From positions 832,001-896,000 of the forward strand of contig CBDEFM010000002.1 of assembly GCA_965237415.1 (NCBI GenBank): a stretch of 64,000 nt of DNA. Reading direction: 5' to 3'. Under the pieces are notes generated by a model, which was not told the DNA's origin, searched no databases, and was given only the letters and a program-made list of their open reading frames with translations. This document shows positions 41,624 through 50,560 of this stretch, piece by piece. The stretch is from Alphaproteobacteria bacterium. Its GTDB lineage: Bacteria > Pseudomonadota > Alphaproteobacteria > UBA828. Position numbers and translations under genes: made by a program. Position 1 is the first letter of the stretch, and every line of letters begins with the position of its first letter.

Positions 41624-43146
41624 GGCGCCGCGCCGGTCGCGGCCCAGCGGGCGCCGATGCGCGCGTGAACAATGGCGCCGAGGCCGGCGAGGGTGTCGTC
41701 GGCCTCGGCGCGTGCGCGGGCGTCGCGCAGCCAGGGCTTGGCGATTCCAGCCTCGGCACCGGCGGGCATCAGCGCTCCGACGATGGCGATGGCGCGTCCT
41801 AGATCGCCAGCGTTGAGCGCCGTCTCGGCTTCCACCAGACGGCCGTCGAGGCTCTCGGCGTCGATCGCGCCGCCGGTGCGGCGGATCGTCACCAGCTGGC
41901 TCAGCTTGGTGACGGTTTCGTCGATCCAATCGGAATCTTCGGTCGCCGGCGTGGTCCGGACGATGGCGTTGGCGGCCTCCGGAAAGCGAGCACTGAGCCC
42001 GTCGAGCGTCGGCACACCCGTGGCGGCGAAGGGTGTGAGACGCACGAGCGCGCTTTCGATCTCCGGGTCTTCGCCGGCGATCCCGCGAAGCGCATCGAGC
42101 GCCGGCGCGAAAGGGCGGGAGGAGCCGAGGGCGGCCGAGAGCTCGCCTGTCGCCAGCACCAGCGTCACCAGGCGCCCGTCGGCGGCGGCCTGCTGCGTTG
42201 CCTCTGCCTCGAAACGTGCAAGCCGCGCGCTCACCTCGGCGAGTGCTGCCTCCAGCGCGGCCCGTTGCTCTCCCCACGCCGCGAGCGCCTGGCCGAGGGG
42301 TTCGCGCGTCGGATCGTCCTCAAGCGCCCGGACCCGCTGTTCCAGGGCGATCACCGCGGCGCCAGCGTTGATAGCGCCACGGGACCCTGTCTCCAGGACG
42401 TCAAGCCGGGCGTTGAGTGCGCCAAGCGCGTCGTCTCCGATTCGGGCCGGGGCAGGCGATTGGGTGCGCGTTTCGGGGCCGGGAACCGCTTCGGCGGGCA
42501 CTTCGGCAGTCGTCACGGCTGAGGTGTCGGGCGCCGCCAGCACCTCGTCGCGAGCGGACTCCGCTGCCGGAGTCGTCTGCGGCTCGTCGGCGGCAATCGC
42601 TGGCGTTGGCGAGGGGGGATCGGCTGCCGGCAGCGGCGACTCGGGCGCAAGGCCTTCTTGTGGAGCGGCCTCGTCGCCCTGCGGGGCAGCGACGACCGGC
42701 GCCGCCTCCTCTACGAGGCCAGTCTCGACGCCCGCCTCGGCGTCCTCGCCGGCCTCGTCCTCTGCAGTGACGACTGGAGCGCTCTCGCCGGCGACCGGAG
42801 GAGACGCAGACGCCTCTCCGCCCGTGGCGCCGGCGCCGGGCTGTTCTGCTGCGGAAGGGGTCGCCGAGGCGGAGGCGGCAGCGGCATCCGGTTCACCGCT
42901 TGTGCCCAAAATGTCGGACCCGAATTCGGACCAGGCGGCGTAGAGACCGACGCAGACGAGGGCTGCGACCAGGCCCCAGACGACTGGCAGCGGGACCCGG
43001 CGATCCTTCGGGCGATCCGCTTCGGCGTCGGGAGCGTCCGGAGCGTCCGTGCTCTCCGTCGTGTCCGCCGTCGCCGGCAACCGCCAAATCACTGCCCGCC
43101 GGCTGTCCGCCGGCGGCTCCTGGCCATCGTCCTTCGGCGCCGCCAT
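41620..43146 (-). CDS. COG4223 / mitofilin-like membrane protein
   Basis: N-terminal TM, low-complexity linker, C-terminal RPFAPALDAL..GVPTL..LVTIRR..WLRDARAR; canonical position between hemD and hemY. Confidence 0.85.
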   Translation of the reverse strand: MAAPKDDGQEPPADSRRAVIWRLPATADTTESTDAPDAPDAEADRPKDRRVPLPVVWGLVAALVCVGLYAAWSEFGSDILGTSGEPDAAAASASATPSAAEQPGAGATGGEASASPPVAGESAPVVTAEDEAGEDAEAGVETGLVEEAAPVVAAPQGDEAAPQEGLAPESPLPAADPPSPTPAIAADEPQTTPAAESARDEVLAAPDTSAVTTAEVPAEAVPGPETRTQSPAPARIGDDALGALNARLDVLETGSRGAINAGAAVIALEQRVRALEDDPTREPLGQALAAWGEQRAALEAALAEVSARLARFEAEATQQAAADGRLVTLVLATGELSAALGSSRPFAPALDALRGIAGEDPEIESALVRLTPFAATGVPTLDGLSARFPEAANAIVRTTPATEDSDWIDETVTKLSQLVTIRRTGGAIDAESLDGRLVEAETALNAGDLGRAIAIVGALMPAGAEAGIAKPWLRDARARAEADDTLAGLGAIVHARIGARWAATGAAP

Positions 43147-43211
43147 TCGTCTCTCGTTTCGCTTTCTGCGGCCCGTTCGGCGTCCCTTGCCCACCCTCTT
43201 CGCCCGTCGCT

Positions 43212-43952
43212 TCAATGGCCCGGCGCGAGAGCGCCGGTCACGCACGCGACGAGCGACTCCTGCCGCGGCGCGGCGGCCACGGAGACACGCTGCCATGAAA
43301 GAGTTGCTGCCGCCTCGGCCACCGCTTGGCTCAGGCAGAACGCGGTGAGTACCCGCACCGTCGAGTCGAGTCCCGACTCGCGCACGAGCTTAGCAAAGAG
43401 GCGCGCCGTGCGGGGAGAGAATAGCGCAGCGCCGGCGAGGGTTTGCGCCTCCAGGGCGCGACAGGCCGGCGGCGTAAGGGCAGGCACGGCGACCGCTTCG
43501 TAGAGCGGCACGCGCTCCGTCTCGAATCCGGCGTCTCGCAGCCGGGCCGCGAGATCGCCCGCACTGACGGTCCCGGCCACGTGGACGAGACGTCCCGAGT
43601 CGGGGCGGAGGCGGGCGGTGACGAGCGCCGCCAGTGCGTCCACGTCGCCATCCGCAGCCGTTACCGTGTCGAAGCCGGCGTCTCGGGCGGCGCACGCCGT
43701 CGCACAGCCCACCGCCAGGACCGGAAGTCGCCGCCCAGCCCGGTCGGGGTCCGCCGCCGCGAGCGACCGCGCACCGTTCGCGCTGGTGAGCAGGATCGCC
43801 TGCGCGCCTGACAGATCGAGCCGCGCGCCCTCATCGATCCGGATGGTCATCATGGGCTCGATCAGCGTCTCGACGCCATGCCGCGCCAGAACCTCCGCAA
43901 GGGCGACGGAGTCCTCGCGCGGGCGGGTCAGCAGCACTCGGGCACCGCTCAC
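43212..43952 (-). CDS. hemD: Uroporphyrinogen-III synthase
   Basis: VLLTRPRED, LLTSANG, AVG.ATA, LYEA, FSPRTA, CLSQAVA. Confidence 0.92.
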   Translation of the reverse strand: MSGARVLLTRPREDSVALAEVLARHGVETLIEPMMTIRIDEGARLDLSGAQAILLTSANGARSLAAADPDRAGRRLPVLAVGCATACAARDAGFDTVTAADGDVDALAALVTARLRPDSGRLVHVAGTVSAGDLAARLRDAGFETERVPLYEAVAVPALTPPACRALEAQTLAGAALFSPRTARLFAKLVRESGLDSTVRVLTAFCLSQAVAEAAATLSWQRVSVAAAPRQESLVACVTGALAPGH

Positions 43953-44893
43953 GTATCGAACCAATCCGGCCCGCCGGCCGCGCGCAGCGCAGCGCCGGCA
44001 TCGCGGCCGATGGCGAGGGCGTCTGCGATCGCGCCGGCACGCTCGGTCCGATGGCAGGCGCTGCCGTCGGGCCGCGCGATCAGGGCATCGAGGCGAAGCC
44101 CTCCAGCATCGTCGGTCACGGCGAGGCCGGCGATCGGCATGCGGCAGGAGCCGTCGAGCACCTCGAGAAGCGCCCGCTCGCATTGGACGGCGGCGGTCGC
44201 CGCGGGATCGACGATGGGCAGCAACATCGCCTGCACCTGCTCATCGTCCGTCCGGCATTCGATGCCGAGCGCACCTTGTCCGACCGCCGGCAGCATGTCC
44301 TCGGGCGCGAGCACCGCCATCCCCACGACGTCCTCGCCGAGCCGCTTGAGGCCCGCGAGCGCCAACATCGTGGCGTCGACCACGCCATCGGCCACCTTGC
44401 GCAGCCGGGTCCCGACGTTGCCGCGCATCGGGACGATGGCGATGTCGGGACGGCGCGCGAGGAGCTGCGCCTGACGGCGGAGCGATCCAGTCCCGACCCG
44501 CGCGCCCTGCGGCAGGTCGGCGAGTCCGGCGACGCCCTGCGCCTCGCGCACGATCAGTACGTCGCGCGGGTCCTCGCGCTCCGGGATCGCGGCGATCTCC
44601 AGCCCCTCCGGCAGCCACGTCGGCACATCCTTCATCGAGTGCACGGCGAGATCGATGCGCCCGTCCAGGAGCGCCTCCTCGATCTCTTTCGTGAAGAGCC
44701 CCTTGCCGCCGATCTCGGCGAGCGGGCGGTCGACGAAGCGATCGCCCGAGGTGGCAATGACGGTGGTACGAAGCGCGCCGTTCTCGGCCAGCGCGGGATG
44801 AGCCGCCACGAGCCGGTCGCAGACGTGGCGGGTCTGGGCGATGGCGAGCGGGCTGCCCCGCGTACCGACGACTATTGGCAGGCGCACGTCCAC
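43949..44893 (-). CDS. hemC: Hydroxymethylbilane synthase
   Basis: GTRGSPLA, GGKGLFTKEIEEAL, AVHSMKD, GTGSLRRQAQL, RGNVGTRL, LDGSCRMPI. Confidence 0.96.
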   Translation of the reverse strand: MDVRLPIVVGTRGSPLAIAQTRHVCDRLVAAHPALAENGALRTTVIATSGDRFVDRPLAEIGGKGLFTKEIEEALLDGRIDLAVHSMKDVPTWLPEGLEIAAIPEREDPRDVLIVREAQGVAGLADLPQGARVGTGSLRRQAQLLARRPDIAIVPMRGNVGTRLRKVADGVVDATMLALAGLKRLGEDVVGMAVLAPEDMLPAVGQGALGIECRTDDEQVQAMLLPIVDPAATAAVQCERALLEVLDGSCRMPIAGLAVTDDAGGLRLDALIARPDGSACHRTERAGAIADALAIGRDAGAALRAAGGPDWFDT

Positions 44894-45017
44894 AGCACCG
44901 AATTGGGGTGGTGCGCCCCTTCTACACAGCGGGCCTCGGCGAGGCGAGCGCTTTTCCGCCGTCGGATGGGGCACCGGCCGTTGCGGTGGCAGCCCCCGCC
45001 CGCTATGTGCTTGGCCC

Positions 45018-46091
45018 ATGATCGTCCTTGGCATCGAGACGAGCTGCGACGAAACGGCGGCTGCGGTCGTGACCGGCGAGCGCAGCGTGTTGGCCGACCT
45101 CGTGCTCTCCCAATGCGCCGACCACGCGCCCTACGGCGGCGTCGTGCCGGAGATCGCGGCGCGCAGCCACGTCGAGCATCTCGACGGCCTCATCGCCCGT
45201 GCGATGGATGAGGCTGGCGTGGGCTTTGCCGACTTGGACGGCGTGGCCGCCACCGCCGGCCCCGGCCTGATCGGCGCGGTCATGGTGGGCCTCATGACCG
45301 GCAAGGCGATCGCCGCCGTCCACGACAAGCCGCTGCTCGCCGTCAACCACCTGGAGGGGCACGCGCTCAGCGCCCGGCTGATCGCCGAGGATCTCGATTT
45401 CCCCTATCTTCTGCTGCTGGTCTCGGGCGGACATTGCCAGTTGCTCCTCGTCGAGGAAGTGAACCGCTACCGGCGGCTAGGCACCACCATCGACGACGCG
45501 GTCGGCGAGGCCTTCGACAAGGCAGCGATGCTACTGGAGCTCGGCTATCCGGGCGGGCCGGCAATCGAGGGCGCGGCGCAAGACGGTGACTCGGCACGCG
45601 TCGCCCTGCCCCGGCCCCTGGCTGGCCGGCCAGGATGCGACTTCTCGTTCTCGGGGCTCAAGACGGCGCTGCTCCACGCGGTCCAGGCGTTGAGCGTGCC
45701 GTCGGATCGCGAGCGCGCCGACCTTGCCGCGTCGTTTCAGACGGCGGTCGCCGACGTGCTGGTCGACCGCACGGCGAATGCCATCGCGATGCTCCGCGAC
45801 TCGAATGTCGAGCCGACGGCACTGGTGGTCGCGGGAGGGGTCGCGGCCAACAGCGAGATCCGGCGCCGCATCGAGACGCTGGCGGAGAGCCGCGGCCTAG
45901 CCCTGCATATTCCGCCGCCCAGACTTTGCACCGACAACGCGGCGATGATCGCCTGGGCCGGAATCGAGCGGCTGACCCGAGGACTGGTCGACCCGCTCGA
46001 CGTATCGCCGCGCGCGCGCTGGCCCCTCGACGAGGACGCCGGGCTGGCCAAGGGCGCCGGCGTACCGGGGCGATTGGGGCGACGGGCCTGA
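45018..46091 (+). CDS. tsaD: tRNA N6-threonylcarbamoyltransferase
   Basis: LGIETSCDET, GGVVPEIAARSH, VNHLEGH, SGGH, DDAVGEAFDK, FSFSGLKT, CTDNAAMIA. Confidence 0.97.
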   Translation: MIVLGIETSCDETAAAVVTGERSVLADLVLSQCADHAPYGGVVPEIAARSHVEHLDGLIARAMDEAGVGFADLDGVAATAGPGLIGAVMVGLMTGKAIAAVHDKPLLAVNHLEGHALSARLIAEDLDFPYLLLLVSGGHCQLLLVEEVNRYRRLGTTIDDAVGEAFDKAAMLLELGYPGGPAIEGAAQDGDSARVALPRPLAGRPGCDFSFSGLKTALLHAVQALSVPSDRERADLAASFQTAVADVLVDRTANAIAMLRDSNVEPTALVVAGGVAANSEIRRRIETLAESRGLALHIPPPRLCTDNAAMIAWAGIERLTRGLVDPLDVSPRARWPLDEDAGLAKGAGVPGRLGRRA

Positions 46092-46094
46092 CGC

Positions 46095-46922
46095 CTACGA
46101 GTCGCCGGCGCAGCGAAACCCCACCATGTCGAGGCCGATATCGGGCGGGTTCTTGTGGCGGTAGCTCACCCGCAGACAGAACGGGTTGTTGCCCCAGCCG
46201 CCGCCGCGGATCACGTACTTGCCGGTATCGCCGTCGGGGCTCGCCGTCCACTCCCAGACGTTGCCGGCCATGTCGTGGAGACCGAAGGGCGAGACGCCAG
46301 CGGGATAGGAGCCGACGGGCGCGGTCTCGTGGTAGCCGTCGGTCGTGTCCGCCCCGCAGCACGTGTTGGTGCCGTAGTTCGCGCGCCGCGTGCCGCCTTC
46401 GTCCGGCGCCGCCTCGCCCCAGGGAAAAATGCGACCATCGGTGCCGCGCGCGCCAAATTCCCATTCCTCCTCGCTCGGCAGGCGGAGCCCGTGATGCCGG
46501 CAGAAGGCGCTGGCGTCATTCCAGCTCACCTGAACGACCGGGTGGTCGTCGAGGCCGATCGGGTCCGAGGCCGGACCGCTGCGATGCCGCCAATCGGCGC
46601 CCGGCACCTTGATCCAGCGGCCGGGCCAGACATAGCCGAAGCCGCGACGCTCGGGATCGGTGACATGACCGGTCTCGGCGACGAAGGCGGCGAACTGGGC
46701 GTTCGTCACCTCGAAGCGCATGAGCTGGAACGGCGCCAGCGTTACCGGCCGGGGTGCCTCGTCCGGCCGGCCGTCGGGATCGCCCGCTTCGAAGCTGCCG
46801 GGCGGGATCGCGACCATCTCGAACGGGACCTCGGCCTGGCCCACCGAAATAGGCACCGCAATCACCGACAGTGCGACCGCTGCTACGAGCAAGCCCCCGA
46901 GTCGCGCTGCTCTTTCGACCAT
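46095..46922 (-). CDS. Formylglycine-generating-enzyme (SUMF1) family protein, secreted
   Basis: Signal-like N-terminus, EVTNAQF, HPVVQVSWNDA, RLPSEEEWE, GLHDMAGNVWEW, RGGGW, GFRC. Confidence 0.9.
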   Translation of the reverse strand: MVERAARLGGLLVAAVALSVIAVPISVGQAEVPFEMVAIPPGSFEAGDPDGRPDEAPRPVTLAPFQLMRFEVTNAQFAAFVAETGHVTDPERRGFGYVWPGRWIKVPGADWRHRSGPASDPIGLDDHPVVQVSWNDASAFCRHHGLRLPSEEEWEFGARGTDGRIFPWGEAAPDEGGTRRANYGTNTCCGADTTDGYHETAPVGSYPAGVSPFGLHDMAGNVWEWTASPDGDTGKYVIRGGGWGNNPFCLRVSYRHKNPPDIGLDMVGFRCAGDS

Positions 46923-47108
46923 GCGTCCCTCCCCTCCCCCCCGCCGCGATTGGCCGGATAAGCAGCTGACCGTCTGCGGGGACGCGCCGGCCGCCGTTCC
47001 GACATAGTATCGGCACCTGCCAGCGGGCACGGAAGAGACGGTCGGCAGGGAGGACCGGGAGCCCGGCTGACCGAGTCCGCGGAGCAAGACGGCGACAGGG
47101 AGTGAAGG

Positions 47109-47975
47109 ATGGTAAGCGTTCCGATCGTTGACGCCCACGTTCATCTCTGCGACACCCGCCGCTTCCCCTACGCGTGGATGAACGACGTCCCGAAGCTCAA
47201 CAGGCCCCATTTGCCGGCCGACTTTCGTTCCGCCATCGGCAAGGCTCCCGTCGATCAAATCGTATTCGTGGAGGTCTGGGTCGATAAGCCGCATCAAATG
47301 GCCGAGGCGGAATGGGTCTCCGGATTGTTCGAATCGGTTCCGCAACTGCGGGGCATCGTTGCGTCCGTGGCTCTGGAGGAAGGTGCTCGGGTAGAAGGCG
47401 CATTGGCCGAGCTTGCGGCAATGGAACACGTGAAGGCGGTCCGCCGGCTGATCGAGTTTGAACCGGACATCGATTTCTGCCTGCAGCCGGGCTTCGTCGA
47501 AGGCGTGACGCTGCTCGCCAAGTACGACCTCAGTTTCGACATCTGCGTGAAGCATTTTCAGCTGACCAACGCCGTCGAGCTGGCGCGGCGCTGCCCCGAT
47601 GTCCGCTTCGTGCTCGATCACATCGGCAAACCGCCGATCCGAGCGGGGCAATTCGATCCCTGGCGCGACGATCTTCGCGCCCTCGCGGCCTTGCCCAATG
47701 TCTGCTGCAAGATTTCAGGCGTCGCGACCGAAGCGGATCACGACAATTGGACGCGCGAGCAGCTGCGACCGTACCTGGATCACGCCATCGATGCGTTCGG
47801 AATCGATCGCGTGATATTCGGCAGCGACTGGCCGGTTTCCGAGCTGACGCATCGTTATGAAGAGTGGGTCGATATCGTCGAGTGGGCGATGAGCGGCAGC
47901 TCGGAGAGCGAGATGAGAAAGCTGTTCCGCGACAACGCCATTGCCTTCTACCGGTTGCCGCAGATGGGTGACTGA
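47109..47975 (+). CDS. Amidohydrolase_2 family (L-fuconolactonase-like)
   Basis: IVDAHVH, FVLDHIGKP, CKISG, FGSDWPV. Confidence 0.88.
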   Translation: MVSVPIVDAHVHLCDTRRFPYAWMNDVPKLNRPHLPADFRSAIGKAPVDQIVFVEVWVDKPHQMAEAEWVSGLFESVPQLRGIVASVALEEGARVEGALAELAAMEHVKAVRRLIEFEPDIDFCLQPGFVEGVTLLAKYDLSFDICVKHFQLTNAVELARRCPDVRFVLDHIGKPPIRAGQFDPWRDDLRALAALPNVCCKISGVATEADHDNWTREQLRPYLDHAIDAFGIDRVIFGSDWPVSELTHRYEEWVDIVEWAMSGSSESEMRKLFRDNAIAFYRLPQMGD

Positions 47976-48117
47976 ACGGCCGGGCGCGCGGTGGGAGCGG
48001 CGCCCTGCGCACACAACCGAGACGACTACGGGATTTTCGCGACTGCTTGCCCCGCGGCACCGGCGTCCGCAACATTGAGCGCATGAGACACGGAGTCCCA
48101 GCGTCCGGTACGGAGCG

Positions 48118-49131
48118 ATGAAGCGCATCGGCGTAATCGGCGGCGGCGCATGGGGAACGGCGCTGGCAACGGTGGCGGCGCGCGCCGGCCGCGAGGTGAC
48201 GCTGTGGGCGCGCGAGACGGACGTCGTCACGGCCATCAACGAGCGTCACGAGAACCAGCGCTTCCTGCCCGGCGTCGGCCTGGACACGGCAATTCGCGCG
48301 ACGACCGATTTGAACAAGGCAGTACACGCCGATCTCCTGCTCCTGGTGACGCCGGCGCAGAATCTTGCCGCCATCGCAGCGGAGCTGGTTCAGAGCGCGG
48401 AGCACCTGCCGCCCGGTGTGGTCTGCGCCAAGGGAATCGAGCGACAGACCGGCGCGCTGATGAGCGACGCCGTGCGCCGCGTGGCGCCGGAGCTGCCGCT
48501 CGCCGTTCTCTCCGGCCCGACCTTCGCGCGCGAGGTCGCCACGGGCCTCCCCGCCGCAGTCTCCCTGGCCTGCGAGGACGCCCGCCTGGGTGCGGCGGTG
48601 GTGGACGCAATCGGCGGACCGGCCTTCCGCCCCTATCTAACCGATGATTTGATCGGCGTGCAGATCGGCGGCGCGATCAAGAACGTGATCGCCATCGCTG
48701 CGGGAATCGCCATAGGCCGGGGCCTGGGCGACAACGCGCGCGCCGCGATCATCGCGCGCGGCTTCGCCGAGCTTAAGCGGCTTGCCGGCGCCAAGGGCGC
48801 GAGAGAGGAGACCCTCGCCGGGCTCTCGGGCCTCGGCGATCTCGTGCTGACCTGCACCAGCGATCAATCGCGCAACTACACCTTCGGGTGCGCGCTCGGC
48901 CGTGGCGAGTCGCCGGCCACCGTTCTCGATGCCCGCGAGGCGGTGACCGAAGGCGTGACGAGCGCGCCGGCCATCGTGACGTTGGCGGCGACTCTCGGGG
49001 TCGAGATGCCGATTGCCGGCGCGGTGCACGCGGTGCTTCATCGGAGTGCGTCCATCGACGATGCGATCGGCGGCCTGCTCGCCCGCCCCTTCAAGCCCGA
49101 GGCCGGCGCGGGACGCGGCAACCGCTCTTAG
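48118..49131 (+). CDS. gpsA: NAD(P)H-dependent glycerol-3-phosphate dehydrogenase
   Basis: GGGAWGTALA, CAKGIE, LSGPTFAREV, GGAIKNVIAIA, GLSGLGDLVLTC..SRN. Confidence 0.97.
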   Translation: MKRIGVIGGGAWGTALATVAARAGREVTLWARETDVVTAINERHENQRFLPGVGLDTAIRATTDLNKAVHADLLLLVTPAQNLAAIAAELVQSAEHLPPGVVCAKGIERQTGALMSDAVRRVAPELPLAVLSGPTFAREVATGLPAAVSLACEDARLGAAVVDAIGGPAFRPYLTDDLIGVQIGGAIKNVIAIAAGIAIGRGLGDNARAAIIARGFAELKRLAGAKGAREETLAGLSGLGDLVLTCTSDQSRNYTFGCALGRGESPATVLDAREAVTEGVTSAPAIVTLAATLGVEMPIAGAVHAVLHRSASIDDAIGGLLARPFKPEAGAGRGNRS

Positions 49132-49212
49132 GTCGCTGCCGATGGTGGCTTGACAAGGCAAGGCCTTACCTTGTTTTCTCCGCTCCGCCCGCTCTTCGAG
49201 CATGGGTATCTC

Positions 49213-49299
49213 GCGGCTGTGGCGGAACTGGTAGACGCGCAGCGTTGAGGGCGCTGTGGGGGCGACCCCGTGGAGGTTCGAGTCCTCTCAGCCGCACCA
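49213..49299 (+). tRNA. tRNA-Leu(GAG)
   Basis: Anticodon arm CAGCG-TTGAGGG-CGCTG, long variable arm, CCA end. Confidence 0.95.
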
Positions 49300-49308
49300 T
49301 CTGACCTG

Positions 49309-49395
<87 letters not shown>

Positions 49396-49418
49396 GATGG
49401 GCGGGCAACGGCGAGCGG

Positions 49419-49637
49419 TCAGCGCTTCGGCCGTTGCTGTCCCGAGAAGAAGGCGCCGAGCATCTTGCCCGCCTCGCGCGCGGGGTCCTTGGCAGTCGCG
49501 ACCTCCGCAACCTTGTCCGCGGCCTTGTCCATCTTCCGGTCGACGGTGAGAATCGCCTGCCCCGCCTTTTTCCGCACGCGCGGATTGGCGGCGGCGCGCT
49601 TGGCCAGCGACCAGAGTACTGTGCGCAGGATAGCCAT
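49419..49637 (-). CDS. Small basic hypothetical protein
   Basis: 72-aa ORF with host-like codon usage. Confidence 0.55.
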   Translation of the reverse strand: MAILRTVLWSLAKRAAANPRVRKKAGQAILTVDRKMDKAADKVAEVATAKDPAREAGKMLGAFFSGQQRPKR

Positions 49638-49738
49638 GGCGCCATTCTAGCGCGTCTACCCGCCCAAGACTCAAGTTTCTCTCCCTCGACTCCGGCGCGC
49701 CGCTTGGGCACAAGGGGCGACCCCATAGAGAACCTGCG

Positions 49739-50518
49739 ATGAAGCTGCCGTCGAAGATCGTCGACATCTCCCAGCCCCTCGACAACGAGACCGTCGTGGA
49801 CCCGGACTTCATGCGGCCCTCGATCCGTTACGTGACGGGGAAGGAGAACGCGGCGCTCATGTGCGAGCTGTTCCCCGGGCTTGCCGAGGACCAGCTGCCG
49901 GGCGGCGAAGGCTGGGCGATCGAGTTCATCGAGCTCGCGACCCACAACGGCACCCACATGGACGCGCCCTACCACTACAACTCGCGCGATTCGAAGGGCA
50001 ACCGGATGCCGACGATCGACGAAATGCCGCTCGACTGGTACTTCCGGCCGGGGGTGAAGCTCGACCTTCGCCATCTCGACGACGGCTATGTCGCGATGCC
50101 CGACGACGTGAAGGCCGAGCTCAAGCGGATCGGCTACGAGCTGCAGCCCATGGACATCGTGCTGGTCAACACGCGCGCTGGCGAGAGATACGGCCACGAC
50201 GACTACATCCATTCCGGCTGCGGCGTCGGCCGCGAGGCGACCCACTATTTGACCGAGCGCGGCGTGCGTGTCACAGGCATCGATGGCTGGAGCTGGGACG
50301 CGCCCTTCTCGGCAACCCGCGAACGCTGGCTCAAGTCGCGCGATCCCAAGATCATTTGGGAGGGGCACTACGCCGGGATCGATACGCCCTATTGCCACAT
50401 GGAGAAGCTCAGGCACCTGGAGGAGCTGCCGCCCTTCGGCTTCACGGTTGCCTGCTTCCCCTGCAAGATCAAGGCGGCATCCGGCGGCTGGACCAGGGCC
50501 GTCGCGCTTTTCGACTGA
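49739..50518 (+). CDS. Kynurenine-formamidase-like metal hydrolase ('cyclase' family)
   Basis: THNGTHMDAPYH, GIDGWSWD, HMEKL, KIKAASGGWTRAVA. Confidence 0.9.
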   Translation: MKLPSKIVDISQPLDNETVVDPDFMRPSIRYVTGKENAALMCELFPGLAEDQLPGGEGWAIEFIELATHNGTHMDAPYHYNSRDSKGNRMPTIDEMPLDWYFRPGVKLDLRHLDDGYVAMPDDVKAELKRIGYELQPMDIVLVNTRAGERYGHDDYIHSGCGVGREATHYLTERGVRVTGIDGWSWDAPFSATRERWLKSRDPKIIWEGHYAGIDTPYCHMEKLRHLEELPPFGFTVACFPCKIKAASGGWTRAVALFD

Positions 50519-50560
50519 CGCCGCCGCACCCGCGTTCCGAAAACGCCCCCAAGAGTATCA

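Noticed and set aside
40235-42277. 680-aa extended HemY (likewise the long N-terminal extensions of FGE, hemC, hemD, tsaD, trpA, toprim)
   Set aside because: Extensions overlap neighbouring genes; recognisable sequence starts at downstream starts.
49739-50518. Third nucleotide cyclase linked to the Pycsar-like locus
   Set aside because: 'Cyclase family' here means a KynB-like metal hydrolase (HxGTHxDxPxH), unrelated to class III cyclases.
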